DNA of 64,000 nt from an uncultured candidate division Zixibacteria bacterium (lineage in GTDB: Bacteria; Zixibacteria; MSB-5A5; GN15; FEB-12). Positions within the stretch are counted from its first letter, which is position 1. Each line of letters opens with the position of its first letter. The position numbers and the translations under genes were made by a program. The notes under the pieces were generated by a model. That model saw only the letters and a list, made by a program, of their open reading frames with translations. It was not told where the DNA came from and made no database searches. The DNA is taken from assembly GCA_963664195.1 (NCBI GenBank), contig OY760907.1:1280001-1344000 (forward strand), given 5' to 3'. This document shows positions 47,424-57,467 of this stretch, piece after piece.

Positions 47424-48956
47424 CTACCTGATGATCTCCATAAACTCCGGGTCGTTACGGTATACGTCGAACGTCTGGTCTCTTGCAGCCAAGGGCTTGC
47501 AGAATGCGGGGTCTCCGGCGATTGCCGTTCTCAATGCCGTCAGCATAGTCGCCCTGTCGCCGGTTTTTGCGGCCAGGCGGGCGAGAGATATATTGTAGAG
47601 GGGGGCCCCAGGCACCAGATTGACGGCCTGCAGAATCTTTTCCTTGGCGTCGGCAAGAAGCTTCCTGTTCCCCGTTTTCTCAGCTCTCATCTCGAGTACC
47701 GCACTCCATTGTAGGAACATAAGGTGGCCGGTCGGATCCAGCTCGGTTGCATGACCGTACTTCTCGCAGGCCTCCTCCAACAAAGCAAGTTCGCCCTTTG
47801 CACCGTATAACTCCCCTAGAGTCAATCCCCAGCTGTAGTAAGCGGAAGCAGATTGGGCCCCTTTTGCCACCGCTCGCTCGAAATTAGCGCAGGATCTTTC
47901 CAGCCAAACCGGGTTGTTTGTGGCGAGGTACATCTGCCCCTGCGCGACTCCCCAGTTGTAGAACCCATCGTGGAAGTCCGGGAATAGTCGAGTCACCGTC
48001 TCGTATTTGTTAAAAGCCTCTCGAAGATACGATGTATCCTGTGTGAGCTCGAACATCTGCCCGCGGTTTCCCGCCCAGTTGTAGTAGGCGTAACAGGTTC
48101 CGGGATCTATCTCTACCGCCCGCCGATACTTTTCCTCTGCCCGGGTTAGCCAGACCGTTTCGCGCGTCGCCCTGAACATCTCGTCGAGAAGCAGGCCCCA
48201 GTTGGTGAGCATCTCCGCATTGTCGGAGTCGATACTGCACGCCTGTTTGATGTATTCAATTGCTTCCTTGAGATACGTTGAGTTACCTGTCACCAGATAT
48301 TTGCTGTGAAGGACTTCGCTCAGACCGTTGTGTATGTTGACATCCCCCGGCTCGATTTCAAGTGCCTTCTGAAAATTCTCCAAAGCCATGTCCAACCACG
48401 CAGCGTCGCCTATGGCGAGAAACGCCCGGTGTTGCGCAGTCCCCCAATTGCTCCAGGCTTCGTGGTTGTCGGGATCCAACATGGTCGCCTTCTTGCACAT
48501 TGCTTCTGCGTTCACCAGCCAGACCATTTCGCCAGTATAGTCGTACATCAGTCCGAGGGCAACGCCCCAATTGTAGTAAGGGAGTGCGAAGTCCGGTTTC
48601 AGCTCGGACGCTCTCTTGTACTTCTCAATAGCTATGGTCAACCAAGCCGTATCGCCGGTAGTCTCGTACCGTTCCCGGTAGCAGATTCCCCAATTGTTTA
48701 AGAGTTCGTGATCATTGGGACTTAGTTCGTCAGTCTGGCGGTACTTTTCGATAGCCCGGGTCAGCAGCGTCGTGTCGCCGGACTCCTCGTACCGCTCGAA
48801 CAAGACCAATCCCTCGTCGTGGAGGATATCGCTCTCCGTGATGGGTGTCGTCAATACGGTAGCTAACTCCGAGACAAAACCAGAAAGGACCAGAGCCAGC
48901 ACTCCGGCTATGAGCAGAGCAGCGGCAGCAAGAATAACAACGGTTGCACGTGACAT
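47424..48956 (-). CDS. Membrane-anchored TPR-like repeat protein
   Basis: N-terminal TM helix; about ten ~41-aa repeats of NWG...L..A.EKY..A..L.P. Confidence 0.85.
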   Translation of the reverse strand: MSRATVVILAAAALLIAGVLALVLSGFVSELATVLTTPITESDILHDEGLVLFERYEESGDTTLLTRAIEKYRQTDELSPNDHELLNNWGICYRERYETTGDTAWLTIAIEKYKRASELKPDFALPYYNWGVALGLMYDYTGEMVWLVNAEAMCKKATMLDPDNHEAWSNWGTAQHRAFLAIGDAAWLDMALENFQKALEIEPGDVNIHNGLSEVLHSKYLVTGNSTYLKEAIEYIKQACSIDSDNAEMLTNWGLLLDEMFRATRETVWLTRAEEKYRRAVEIDPGTCYAYYNWAGNRGQMFELTQDTSYLREAFNKYETVTRLFPDFHDGFYNWGVAQGQMYLATNNPVWLERSCANFERAVAKGAQSASAYYSWGLTLGELYGAKGELALLEEACEKYGHATELDPTGHLMFLQWSAVLEMRAEKTGNRKLLADAKEKILQAVNLVPGAPLYNISLARLAAKTGDRATMLTALRTAIAGDPAFCKPLAARDQTFDVYRNDPEFMEIIR

Positions 48957-49038
48957 AGGCAAGACCCTCCAGTCACACAATATATGTAATGTGGACTCCG
49001 AAGGCAATAGCATACTGGAGGAATACCAATCGAAGGGT

Positions 49039-49066
49039 TGCAGTCAGGTGGGGACACCTGACTGCA
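49039..49066. repeat. Perfect palindrome
   Basis: TGCAGTCAGGTG-GGGA-CACCTGACTGCA between divergent genes. Confidence 0.6.
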
Positions 49067-49190
49067 CTTAGAGGGGGGATTCGTTCCGGCTTCCCCAGCC
49101 CCCTAAAAAGGAACTGTTGACTCGCCCCCGCCGTTGCACGTATATCAGAGTAGAGGTGCGCTCAGAAGGATGCCCGCTACGGGAGGCTAA

Positions 49191-50147
49191 ATGCTCGAAC
49201 AAGAGATAAAAGATGGTATCGCCCGGCGACTCAAAGACTCTCACCTTCGACAACTCATCGCCAAAGAAATGGCCCATCTGCTGTACGAAAAACCGCCGGA
49301 GTTTTCTTTCGACGACTACTGCCAGCTTGTGTCAAGCCTCATCATCCAGGAACTCCACGAATACCTGCTCGGCTCAATTCAACCGGCCTCGGCTGTCCCC
49401 GGTGTCCCGGAACACGAACTCAAAGACACGCCCAGTCTCGATACCGTCATCCAGAAACTGACCGCCTCGGTTGAGTTCGCCCTGCTTTCGGGCAACCTCC
49501 AGATGGTCAAGGCGCTGGGTGGTGCTATCGCGCAGCGCGACACCGGGACCTCCGAGCATAATCTTCGCGTGACGATCTACTGCACGTATCTAGCCGAGGC
49601 TCTCGATTGCACTCGCGATGAAATGCAGTCGATCATTAAAGGCGCATTCCTCCACGATCTGGGCAAGATCGGCATCTCCGACAGCATTCTGCTCAAGCCG
49701 GCAGGTCTCACTGAAGAAGAACGAAAACTGGTTCATTCGCACCCGGACAAAGGTGCCCACATCATCGACGGTGTGAAATGGCTGATCGACGCACTCCCGA
49801 CCGTAAAATACCATCACGAGCATTTCGACGGCACCGGGTATCCCGAAGGTCTCAAGGGGGAAGACATCCCGATGGGTGCGCGCATTTTTGCGGTGGTCGA
49901 CGTTTTCGACGCTCTTGCCTCGGAGCGTCCGTACAAAAAACGGATTCCGTTTGAAGCGACTATGGCGATGATGCAGGAGGGGTCCGGCAAGCATTTCGAC
50001 CCCACGGTTATGGATAAGTTTAGTGATATTGCGCTTGAGCTGTACGTCCATTTCTCCGATGCGGAGGAGACAGTGCTCAACAAGGAAGTTCACCGGCTGG
50101 TGAAGAAACATTTCGGGATTGATCTCGGCGAATTCAAATGGACGTAG
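49191..50147 (+). CDS. HD-GYP domain phosphodiesterase
   Basis: LHDLGKIG, HHEHFDGTGYP, DVFDAL..RPYK. Confidence 0.92.
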   Translation: MLEQEIKDGIARRLKDSHLRQLIAKEMAHLLYEKPPEFSFDDYCQLVSSLIIQELHEYLLGSIQPASAVPGVPEHELKDTPSLDTVIQKLTASVEFALLSGNLQMVKALGGAIAQRDTGTSEHNLRVTIYCTYLAEALDCTRDEMQSIIKGAFLHDLGKIGISDSILLKPAGLTEEERKLVHSHPDKGAHIIDGVKWLIDALPTVKYHHEHFDGTGYPEGLKGEDIPMGARIFAVVDVFDALASERPYKKRIPFEATMAMMQEGSGKHFDPTVMDKFSDIALELYVHFSDAEETVLNKEVHRLVKKHFGIDLGEFKWT

Positions 50148-50331
50148 GGCACTAGTGGCTTTTCTCACCAGTGGCAAACGGGCACCCCATTTCCATGAGG
50201 CGCCCGCATGCTGTCATTTCAGGCCATCAGTCATCCATGGCTGCGGCAACTCCCGAGTCACCTGCATACCGTCCCTTACCAGAGGGCATTCTAAAGACGA
50301 ACTAGCCCGGGGGGTTGTTTAATCGTACCGA

Positions 50332-50613
50332 TCAATCCGGAATCCAGATTCTGTCGGCCGTAACAAGCTCTGTCCCGGAGGGAGTCGAAATTCGATCCAC
50401 CGATTGGGAGTAGAAAATCAGGCCTTTGTACGAGGTAAGGTACTTGTTCTTCTTCTTGATGAAACCGCCGACCGCCGTTACCACCAAGGGATTCTCAGTC
50501 TTGTCCAGAATTTTCCGAAACTCCCTCGGCTCCACCCTCACGATCGCCCCCGAAGCCTTTGTTGCTCGGGCCATAGCATATGCCGCTGCTGCCGCTGCTG
50601 CGCCTCCACTCAT
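50332..50613 (-). CDS. Conserved hypothetical protein
   Basis: Strong RBS AGGAG; AAAAAA..KASGAIVRVEP..YLTSYKGL..IWIP. Confidence 0.75.
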   Translation of the reverse strand: MSGGAAAAAAAYAMARATKASGAIVRVEPREFRKILDKTENPLVVTAVGGFIKKKNKYLTSYKGLIFYSQSVDRISTPSGTELVTADRIWIPD

Positions 50614-50699
50614 GTTATCATCTCCTTCTCAGGATATACCTGAACGGATCCCCAATATTCAAATCGCTTCCCCACTCATTTCAGGAGCAATCGAACGAT

Positions 50700-50732
50700 G
50701 CACACTTCGACAGGCTCAGCGTGACTCGATTG
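50700..50732 (-). repeat. CTTCGACAGGCTCA-family repeat
   Basis: Inverted near-identical copy of 47174-47206; partial third copy at 61441-61459. Confidence 0.75.
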
Positions 50733-50809
50733 CCCGTGTCGCTCTCTCACTTCTGTAGGTCGTGGTTTAGAGTTCCGCATGCCATGCGAGCGAGAAACCC
50801 GACATCTTG

Positions 50810-52612
50810 CTACTTCGTCAGCTTGTCAATCTCGGCTACCTGGTCGGCGAACAACTCAAGCGTCGCTTTGATCGGGTCCGGGGTCGCCATGTCCACACCG
50901 CAGATCTTCAGCAGTTCAATCGGGTAGTCCCTGCCGCCCGAAGACAACATTTCGAGATATCGCTCGATAATCCCCTCTTCCCCGTCGAGGAATTTCTTCA
51001 AGATTGCCTGGGACGCCGCGTACGAGGTCGCGTACTGATACACATAAAACATGTTGTAGAAATGCGGAATCCGTGACCATTTCATCGGCGTGAATTCATC
51101 GACCACCATCTCCGGTCCGTAGTACGCCTGAGTCAAATCACCCCACAACTCGTTCATCGTATCCGGTGACAATGCGCCACCTTTTTCCACTTCCTCATGG
51201 ATCGCAAGCTCAAAGTGTGCGTACAGGATCTGGTGGAAGAACGTTCCGACCGTGTTGTCAATGGAGCGATTCAACAAAAACAGCTTCTGTCGCGTGTCCT
51301 TCACTTTGCCAAGCAGGTAGTGCAGCAGAAGCCCCTCGTTGAGCGTCGAGGCAACCTCGGCGACAAAAATCGAGTAGCGGGCTTTGGTATAAAGCTGCGT
51401 GCTGTTGGCCAGATGCGAGTGCATCGCGTGGCCCATCTCATGTGCCAGGGTGAACAGGTTGTTGATGGTGTCGTTGTAGTTCATCAGCACAAACGGATGC
51501 ACGGTGTAGGTGGAGTAGCTGTAGGCGCCGCTGCCTTTGCCCTCGGTTTCGTAGACGTCGACCCAGCGGCTGTCGAATGCTGCCTTCAGATTCTTCGCGT
51601 ACTTGTCGCCGAGCGGTTTGGCCGCTTCCATGACTTCCTTCGCGGCGTCCTCGTAGTTGACCTCGTAGGCTTCATCAGGGAACAACGGGCAGATCATGTC
51701 GTACGGTTGGATTTCGTCGAGTTTGAGCAGTCGCTTGCGCAGCGCCGTGTACCCGTGCAAACCGCCAAGGTCGCTTTCGGTCGTTTTGATCAGCGAGTGG
51801 TAGACTCCGAGCGGAATGTTGTCACCGTCGAGTGCGGCTTGAAGGCAGGAATCGTAATGCCGTGCTTTGGTGAAAAAGACGTCCTTGTTTACGGAGGCCG
51901 AGAGCGACGCACCTAACGCATTGATATGGTCTTTGTACGAAGCATAGAATCCGTTGTGGGAGTCTTTGCGGACGCGACGGTCCGAGGACTCCTGGAACTT
52001 GGCGAACCGCTGTTTGGTAAGCTGGACTTCTTCGCCGTTTTCGTCTTTGATCGAGGGATACTTCATATCGGCATCATCGAGCATGGTGAAGATCGAATCG
52101 GCTCCGCGCGCGACGTTGGCCGACATTGCCAGCACTTCCTCGACTTCCTGCGAACGGATATGCGCTTTGGAACGAATAAGCTCTTTGACGTAGAAATCGT
52201 ATTCGTCGGTGCGCTCGAACTTGCCTGCCATCTCTTTGAGTTTGGTTTCGTCAATTGCCAGCAACTCCGGCTCTACAAATGCGAACGCTGCTCCGGCCTG
52301 CGAGGAGAGCACTGCGGCCCGTTCGGTGAGTGCCTGGTATTTTGACACCCGGTTGTCGAGGTCTTTGTTGAGGTGAGCGTATTGGTACAGGCGAGATAGC
52401 ATCTTTTGCAGATCGCTGCGTGCCTTAAGGCAGGCGTACATTGTTTCTGGCGACTCGGCCAGTTTACCGGCGTACTTACCGGCCTCTTCGATTATCTTCT
52501 GCGCCTGCCCGTAATCGGTTTCCCAGGCGGCGTCATCGGCATATATGTCGGCGAGATTCCATTTATCCTTCTCGGCGATGGAGTCTCGTTGCGGGATGGT
52601 CTTGGGAGCCAT
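50810..52612 (-). CDS. pepF: Oligoendopeptidase F (M3B)
   Basis: KWNLADIY, TLAHEMGHAMHS, FVAEVAS, WSRIPHFY, YVYQYATS. Confidence 0.96.
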   Translation of the reverse strand: MAPKTIPQRDSIAEKDKWNLADIYADDAAWETDYGQAQKIIEEAGKYAGKLAESPETMYACLKARSDLQKMLSRLYQYAHLNKDLDNRVSKYQALTERAAVLSSQAGAAFAFVEPELLAIDETKLKEMAGKFERTDEYDFYVKELIRSKAHIRSQEVEEVLAMSANVARGADSIFTMLDDADMKYPSIKDENGEEVQLTKQRFAKFQESSDRRVRKDSHNGFYASYKDHINALGASLSASVNKDVFFTKARHYDSCLQAALDGDNIPLGVYHSLIKTTESDLGGLHGYTALRKRLLKLDEIQPYDMICPLFPDEAYEVNYEDAAKEVMEAAKPLGDKYAKNLKAAFDSRWVDVYETEGKGSGAYSYSTYTVHPFVLMNYNDTINNLFTLAHEMGHAMHSHLANSTQLYTKARYSIFVAEVASTLNEGLLLHYLLGKVKDTRQKLFLLNRSIDNTVGTFFHQILYAHFELAIHEEVEKGGALSPDTMNELWGDLTQAYYGPEMVVDEFTPMKWSRIPHFYNMFYVYQYATSYAASQAILKKFLDGEEGIIERYLEMLSSGGRDYPIELLKICGVDMATPDPIKATLELFADQVAEIDKLTK

Positions 52613-52713
52613 GATGTGTCCTTCCGGTTTTTCGATCTTCTCTACTGGGAGACAATATCGGGGAAACCGGTCGCCGACGCAAGGGGGATGGGCTGAGGCT
52701 GTCTCGCGGTCGG

Positions 52714-54270
52714 CTATCTCTTGAGCATCTGGCCGGTCTCTGTAGATGTTCCTGCGATCACTCTGTAGAAGTACAGACCCGCCGGGGCGTTGCTGTCTGA
52801 CCAGACACAACAGGTTCGGCCCGGCTCGACCGTCTCGTCGAGGAGTGTAGCCATTAGTCCGCCCAGGGCGTTGAAGACTTCGACTTTCGCCTCAGTCCGT
52901 TCAACCGTGCCGAAGCAGATGGTCGTAGAGGAGGCAAAAGGGTTCGGATAGTTCTGGTACAGTTCAAGATAAGTCGGGACCGATCTGGCAATGGTCGGCA
53001 ACCCTCTGTACGTAGCAAACTCTGCGTGCAACAAGGCCCCCTCCGTTTCCAGCAAATCGCCGGAGAAGTAGTCGATCGACGGATCGTCAAGCGGCACCGT
53101 GAGAAGAACATGCGTGTTCCCATCCCGTCTTCCATAGTGCGATTCGGCATCAGGAGCTATTCTCCTGACAGGAACATCACCCTCGAACACCAGATAAGCC
53201 GCTCCCAGTCTGTGGTTCAGCGTCAGTATGCCGTCCTGGAACGAGTAACTCACAACCACCGAGTCAATCGGGGGACCGGCGGGGGCGTAACCTGCAATGA
53301 CACGGATCAGGTGAACCAGATCGGCCACAGTGAGCGGCGTTCCGTCTTGGTTGACATCGGACGCCGCGATACTGCCTTCAGTGTATTCGAAAGCGTCCAG
53401 CCCGTCGGTGAAGTAGTTTTGGAACAACACGGCGTCGGCGATCTCGTAGGGCACACCGTTCAGATTGATGTCGCCTCTGTCATCAATAACTTCCGAGCAG
53501 ATGATCTGAACCCCCCCGTGGTGAAAACGAACTGCCCGGGCCGGGATGCCAAACGAAATGGAGGCATCGCAGGAGTCCGGTGCCCCACTGGATCCGGGCA
53601 GTATCGGCGTGTCATCTACCAACACGTAGCCGCTACCATACGGGTAGGCATTGACCCATTCCCACACACTGCAGGCGATCAGCAACGAGTCCTCAGCCGA
53701 GGTGTAGAAGCTGTTGTCAATGCAATCAATCCAGAAGAACTTGATCGGAACGAACTGACATTCCAGAGCGGCATCATTTGATACGAGAAGACGAAGGAGA
53801 GCCAGTTTGCTCCTGTCGTCGTCCGTGAGCAGACAGTCGGGATGATTCGCACCGTTGTTAATGTCTGCCACCGCTATCAGTTGGATGAGACCCGGGGGGC
53901 ACTCGTCGCAATCGGGAAAACGATATGTGAAGTACTCCCACGCACAGTCGTCCAGGAACTGCCCTGCCTCTACACCCTGCAACGCCAGGGCTGTGTGATC
54001 GTAGGCAACGGTAAGATCGAAACCTGCGACCTGCCAATTGTCGGGACCGTAGTTCTCGCCGACACGGACACTAACCTCGGCCTCGTAGCCCTGAAGCTGG
54101 TCGTGTACGACGTCTATAGCAACGTTCATCGGGTGGAAATCATCGTCGATTGAACCGGTGACAGATTGCTGCGGGGAAGTCGGCGCAACCGGAGTCTCAG
54201 TCGCCTGTTCTGAACACGACAGCAAACACAAGGCCGTTAAAGCGCCAAATATCAGTAGTGACTTCTTCAT
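52714..54270 (-). CDS. Lipoprotein with cohesin-like, dockerin and C-terminal NYPNPF (T9SS-CTD/FlgD-like) domains
   Basis: LLSC lipobox; GFDLTVAYD..WEYFTYR; GDINLNG..DVNQDG; YQNYPNPF..GLYFYR. Confidence 0.8.
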   Translation of the reverse strand: MKKSLLIFGALTALCLLSCSEQATETPVAPTSPQQSVTGSIDDDFHPMNVAIDVVHDQLQGYEAEVSVRVGENYGPDNWQVAGFDLTVAYDHTALALQGVEAGQFLDDCAWEYFTYRFPDCDECPPGLIQLIAVADINNGANHPDCLLTDDDRSKLALLRLLVSNDAALECQFVPIKFFWIDCIDNSFYTSAEDSLLIACSVWEWVNAYPYGSGYVLVDDTPILPGSSGAPDSCDASISFGIPARAVRFHHGGVQIICSEVIDDRGDINLNGVPYEIADAVLFQNYFTDGLDAFEYTEGSIAASDVNQDGTPLTVADLVHLIRVIAGYAPAGPPIDSVVVSYSFQDGILTLNHRLGAAYLVFEGDVPVRRIAPDAESHYGRRDGNTHVLLTVPLDDPSIDYFSGDLLETEGALLHAEFATYRGLPTIARSVPTYLELYQNYPNPFASSTTICFGTVERTEAKVEVFNALGGLMATLLDETVEPGRTCCVWSDSNAPAGLYFYRVIAGTSTETGQMLKR

Positions 54271-55571
54271 TGTTTCTCCCTTACGATGATCGCCTGTCCT
54301 TCGAACGTTGCGAACTCGACACTCAACAGGTTGGCGTCCGATTGCACAAGGTTGCCGGAGAATCCCGCGGTCGGCGCAGGGCTGAGCGGGAGGTGCAGCA
54401 GGACGTGCGTATTGCCGTCGGGACTACCCGTCAGCATCGTCGCGTCCGTTGCCAGTTGAGTTATGTTCGCCTCTCCCTCGAACACGAGATGCGCCGCGCC
54501 AAGTTCCTCGGCAACACTCACCACGCCGTGGCGGAACGAGTATTCCGAGAATGTCGGTTCGAGCGTGATCCAGGGGGAGCCTTCGCCGACCACTATCTGG
54601 ATCAACAACACCAGATCGGCCGCGGTCAACTTGATGCCGTCGCGGTTGATATCCGAGACATCGATTGACTCCTGGATGTGCGGATTGAACGCGCTGTATC
54701 CCTGAGCAAAGTAACTAGCGAACATGAGGACGTCGGCAACTTCGTTCGGTTCGTTGTTCTTATTAATGTCGCCGAGGAAATCGGGAGGCGGGGGACACTC
54801 TGTGCGGATGCCGCCGTTGTAGAAATCAAACGAACGGATCGGCTCGGAGTCGACAAACACCTCTGCGCATTCGTTTGGGGGGCCGTCCGGTCCGGGAATC
54901 TCGGATAGATTGCTGCGCAGCGAGTAGGGTGCCGGCGCGGACTCTCCGGTGTAGTCGTAAACGCGACGAACCACGTTTATCGTGTCGCCGTGGACAGAGC
55001 TGACGTTGTTATCCTCACAGTCGGCCCAGAAGAAACTCACCGGCAGGAATTCACACGCGTAGGCGGAATCGTTGGCGATGAGAAAGTGCATACGTACGAG
55101 TTGCTGTGCCTCCCCGGGAGCGGTATCCCGCTTGAAGCAGTCCGGTCCCCTCAGGGTTACAGGGTCATCGGCCAGGGCGACCAGAAGAACGGTGCCGGTC
55201 GGGCAATCCTCACACGTATTCAGATATCCCTCGCGGTAGGTGAAGTACTCCCAGTCGCACTCACGAAAGAAATCCCCTTCGACTGCCCCGAAGAATGAAA
55301 GTGCGTTCTGTTCGTAGCTGATCCGTAGAAAGAAGCCGGAAACGGCCCAGTCGATTGATTCCGGGCTGTACATGCTGATATCAATTGTCGCCTCCTGACC
55401 AAGCAAACTGCCGTGGACAACTTGTATCGCTACTGCGCCTGCGTCGGCAATGCTGTCGATCATTGGCGGCTCCGGCACGACCGGCGCCGGTGGGACGTAG
55501 TCCGAGCAGGAGAGGAGACAGAGAGACAGAAGCGCGACGACCAGTGCGGTCGATGTGTGCAGCAACTTCAT
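54267..55571 (-). CDS. Lipoprotein with cohesin-like and dockerin domains (no CTD)
   Basis: LLSC; GFFLRISY..WEYFTYR; GDINKNN..DINRDG. Confidence 0.8.
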   Translation of the reverse strand: MKLLHTSTALVVALLSLCLLSCSDYVPPAPVVPEPPMIDSIADAGAVAIQVVHGSLLGQEATIDISMYSPESIDWAVSGFFLRISYEQNALSFFGAVEGDFFRECDWEYFTYREGYLNTCEDCPTGTVLLVALADDPVTLRGPDCFKRDTAPGEAQQLVRMHFLIANDSAYACEFLPVSFFWADCEDNNVSSVHGDTINVVRRVYDYTGESAPAPYSLRSNLSEIPGPDGPPNECAEVFVDSEPIRSFDFYNGGIRTECPPPPDFLGDINKNNEPNEVADVLMFASYFAQGYSAFNPHIQESIDVSDINRDGIKLTAADLVLLIQIVVGEGSPWITLEPTFSEYSFRHGVVSVAEELGAAHLVFEGEANITQLATDATMLTGSPDGNTHVLLHLPLSPAPTAGFSGNLVQSDANLLSVEFATFEGQAIIVREKQ

Positions 55572-56461
55572 CAGTCTTGGGGCCAGTCCTCAGGCCTTAT
55601 CATCCACATTTGTTTGGTGACAGACTCGTCTCCCACCCTGACTCTGTAGAAATACAAGCCCGACGGATAATCGGCACCGTCGAACGTGAAACAGATATGC
55701 CCGGCTTCGCTCTGCTGCTGGAGTGTCGTCAATACCTCTCCGAACGCCGAAATCACTTCGGCTTTGTAGGTAGCTGCGTGTGGCAGATCGAAGCAGATCA
55801 TGGTCTCCCGGTGGAACGGGTTCGGGTAGTTTTGGTAGAGCTTGAAGTGACTCTGAATATTCTCGGCCACAACCGGCTGGCCATCGTACGTGGCGAATTC
55901 GATGCTCAGAACCTGTGCGTCGGTCACAAGGAAATTGCCCGCGAATTCGGTGTTGGCTCGACTTGAGTAGATGATCGCATTCATGTTGCCGTCAATCATA
56001 CCCGTCTTCATTTCCATGTTGTCTGCGAGAAGCTGTACCTGGGCGTCGCCCTCGAGAACAACGTGCGCCGCCCCCATCTCGTGGTCCACCGACACTACTC
56101 CGTTCTGGAGCGAGTAGGAGGTTTCCATCGGGGTCAGCTTCGGATAGGAAATGGCGTCTCCGACAACTACTCGAAGCAGGTAGACCAGGTCAGAGACCGT
56201 CAGAGGTTTCCCGTCGCGGTTGATATCCGATGCTGCCATAGAGGAATCGACCGACCGAAAGACAGACGTACCTTCGATGAAGTAATTCGTGAACATGACC
56301 GCATCGGCGATTTCATACCCCAGGCCGTTCAGATTGAGATCCCCTTCAACACCGTCGATTTCCCAGTGCGGGGCCGTGGCAGGCTCGTAGTCCGAGCAGG
56401 AGAGGATACATAGCGCGGCCAGCATGATTGTCAGCGTTCTCACGGTTGTGTTCTTTCTCAC
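55571..56461 (-). CDS. Lipoprotein with dockerin and NYPNPF CTD
   Basis: ILSC; GDLNLNG..DINRDG; YQNYPNPF..SGLYFYR. Confidence 0.8.
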   Translation of the reverse strand: MRKNTTVRTLTIMLAALCILSCSDYEPATAPHWEIDGVEGDLNLNGLGYEIADAVMFTNYFIEGTSVFRSVDSSMAASDINRDGKPLTVSDLVYLLRVVVGDAISYPKLTPMETSYSLQNGVVSVDHEMGAAHVVLEGDAQVQLLADNMEMKTGMIDGNMNAIIYSSRANTEFAGNFLVTDAQVLSIEFATYDGQPVVAENIQSHFKLYQNYPNPFHRETMICFDLPHAATYKAEVISAFGEVLTTLQQQSEAGHICFTFDGADYPSGLYFYRVRVGDESVTKQMWMIRPEDWPQD

Positions 56462-56471
56462 AGGACGGCTC

Positions 56472-57317
56472 CTACCTGATTTGAATCATCTTCATGGTTT
56501 TGGTGAACTCGCCGGCGGTGACTCGATAGTAGTAGGTGCCTCCGGGCCTACCGGTCCCGTCCCATGTCCACACATTGTGGTAATTGCCATACCCAGCGGT
56601 TCCACCAACAACCGTTCCCTGACCGTTCATTATGTCGATCCGGTAGTCCATGGGGCGCGGGAGCGTGAATAGTATGTTCGTAGTAGGGTTGTACGGGTTG
56701 GGGTAGTTCTGAAAGACGTCGAACCCCTTCAGCAGGCTTCCTGTTTTGACCGGTCCCCCTTCGTAAGTGGCAAACTCGACACTTTCAATCTCTGCGTCTA
56801 TCTCGAGGAAATCGCCTCGAAACTCTGCTGTGGGATCATTGGCCAAAACGAGAATGTGCATGTTGAGTCCAACCAGCCCGATGCTCAGTTCCGCGTTCTC
56901 AATAAGTAGTCGAACCGGAGCCACTCCCTTGACCACAATGTGTGCCATTCCCACTTCACTGCCGATGCGCAGCACCCCCTCAGAATACAGGCACTGAGAC
57001 TCCCGAGGGTATATGACCGGGTATGGGGCCGCGGTTCCGTCGACGACACGGAGCAGGTACCCATAGTCAGCGAGAGTCAGCGGCTTCCCGTCCCGATTGA
57101 TATCAGAAGCCACAGTAGCGTTTTGAATGTCCTCGAAGACTCCCTTCCCCTCCAAGAAGTAGCGCCCGAACAGTTCTGCGTCGGCAACCTCGTAGCCCAC
57201 ACCGTTTCCGTTCAGATCACCTCTATACTGGTCAGGAGTCACGCCAGTATCAAAGTCCGAGCAGGAAAACGCACACACTCCCACCAGCAGTGCTATTGCG
57301 ATGACAAGCCGTCTCAT
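56472..57317 (-). CDS. Lipoprotein with dockerin and NYPNP CTD
   Basis: AFSC; GDLNGNG..DINRDG; FQNYPNPYNP..WDG..GTYYYR. Confidence 0.8.
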   Translation of the reverse strand: MRRLVIAIALLVGVCAFSCSDFDTGVTPDQYRGDLNGNGVGYEVADAELFGRYFLEGKGVFEDIQNATVASDINRDGKPLTLADYGYLLRVVDGTAAPYPVIYPRESQCLYSEGVLRIGSEVGMAHIVVKGVAPVRLLIENAELSIGLVGLNMHILVLANDPTAEFRGDFLEIDAEIESVEFATYEGGPVKTGSLLKGFDVFQNYPNPYNPTTNILFTLPRPMDYRIDIMNGQGTVVGGTAGYGNYHNVWTWDGTGRPGGTYYYRVTAGEFTKTMKMIQIR

Positions 57318-57467
57318 GAAGCAACCTCCCCGTCAAAGTAGTAAGGTTTGTCCAGCTTGGTACAATATGTCACATTTGGGCCGATTTGTCAATCGCGGAG
57401 GATGACCCACGTCGTCGAATCTGCTTTGACAAGCACTTGTTGCATACTATCATACGGGCGTCAGCAG

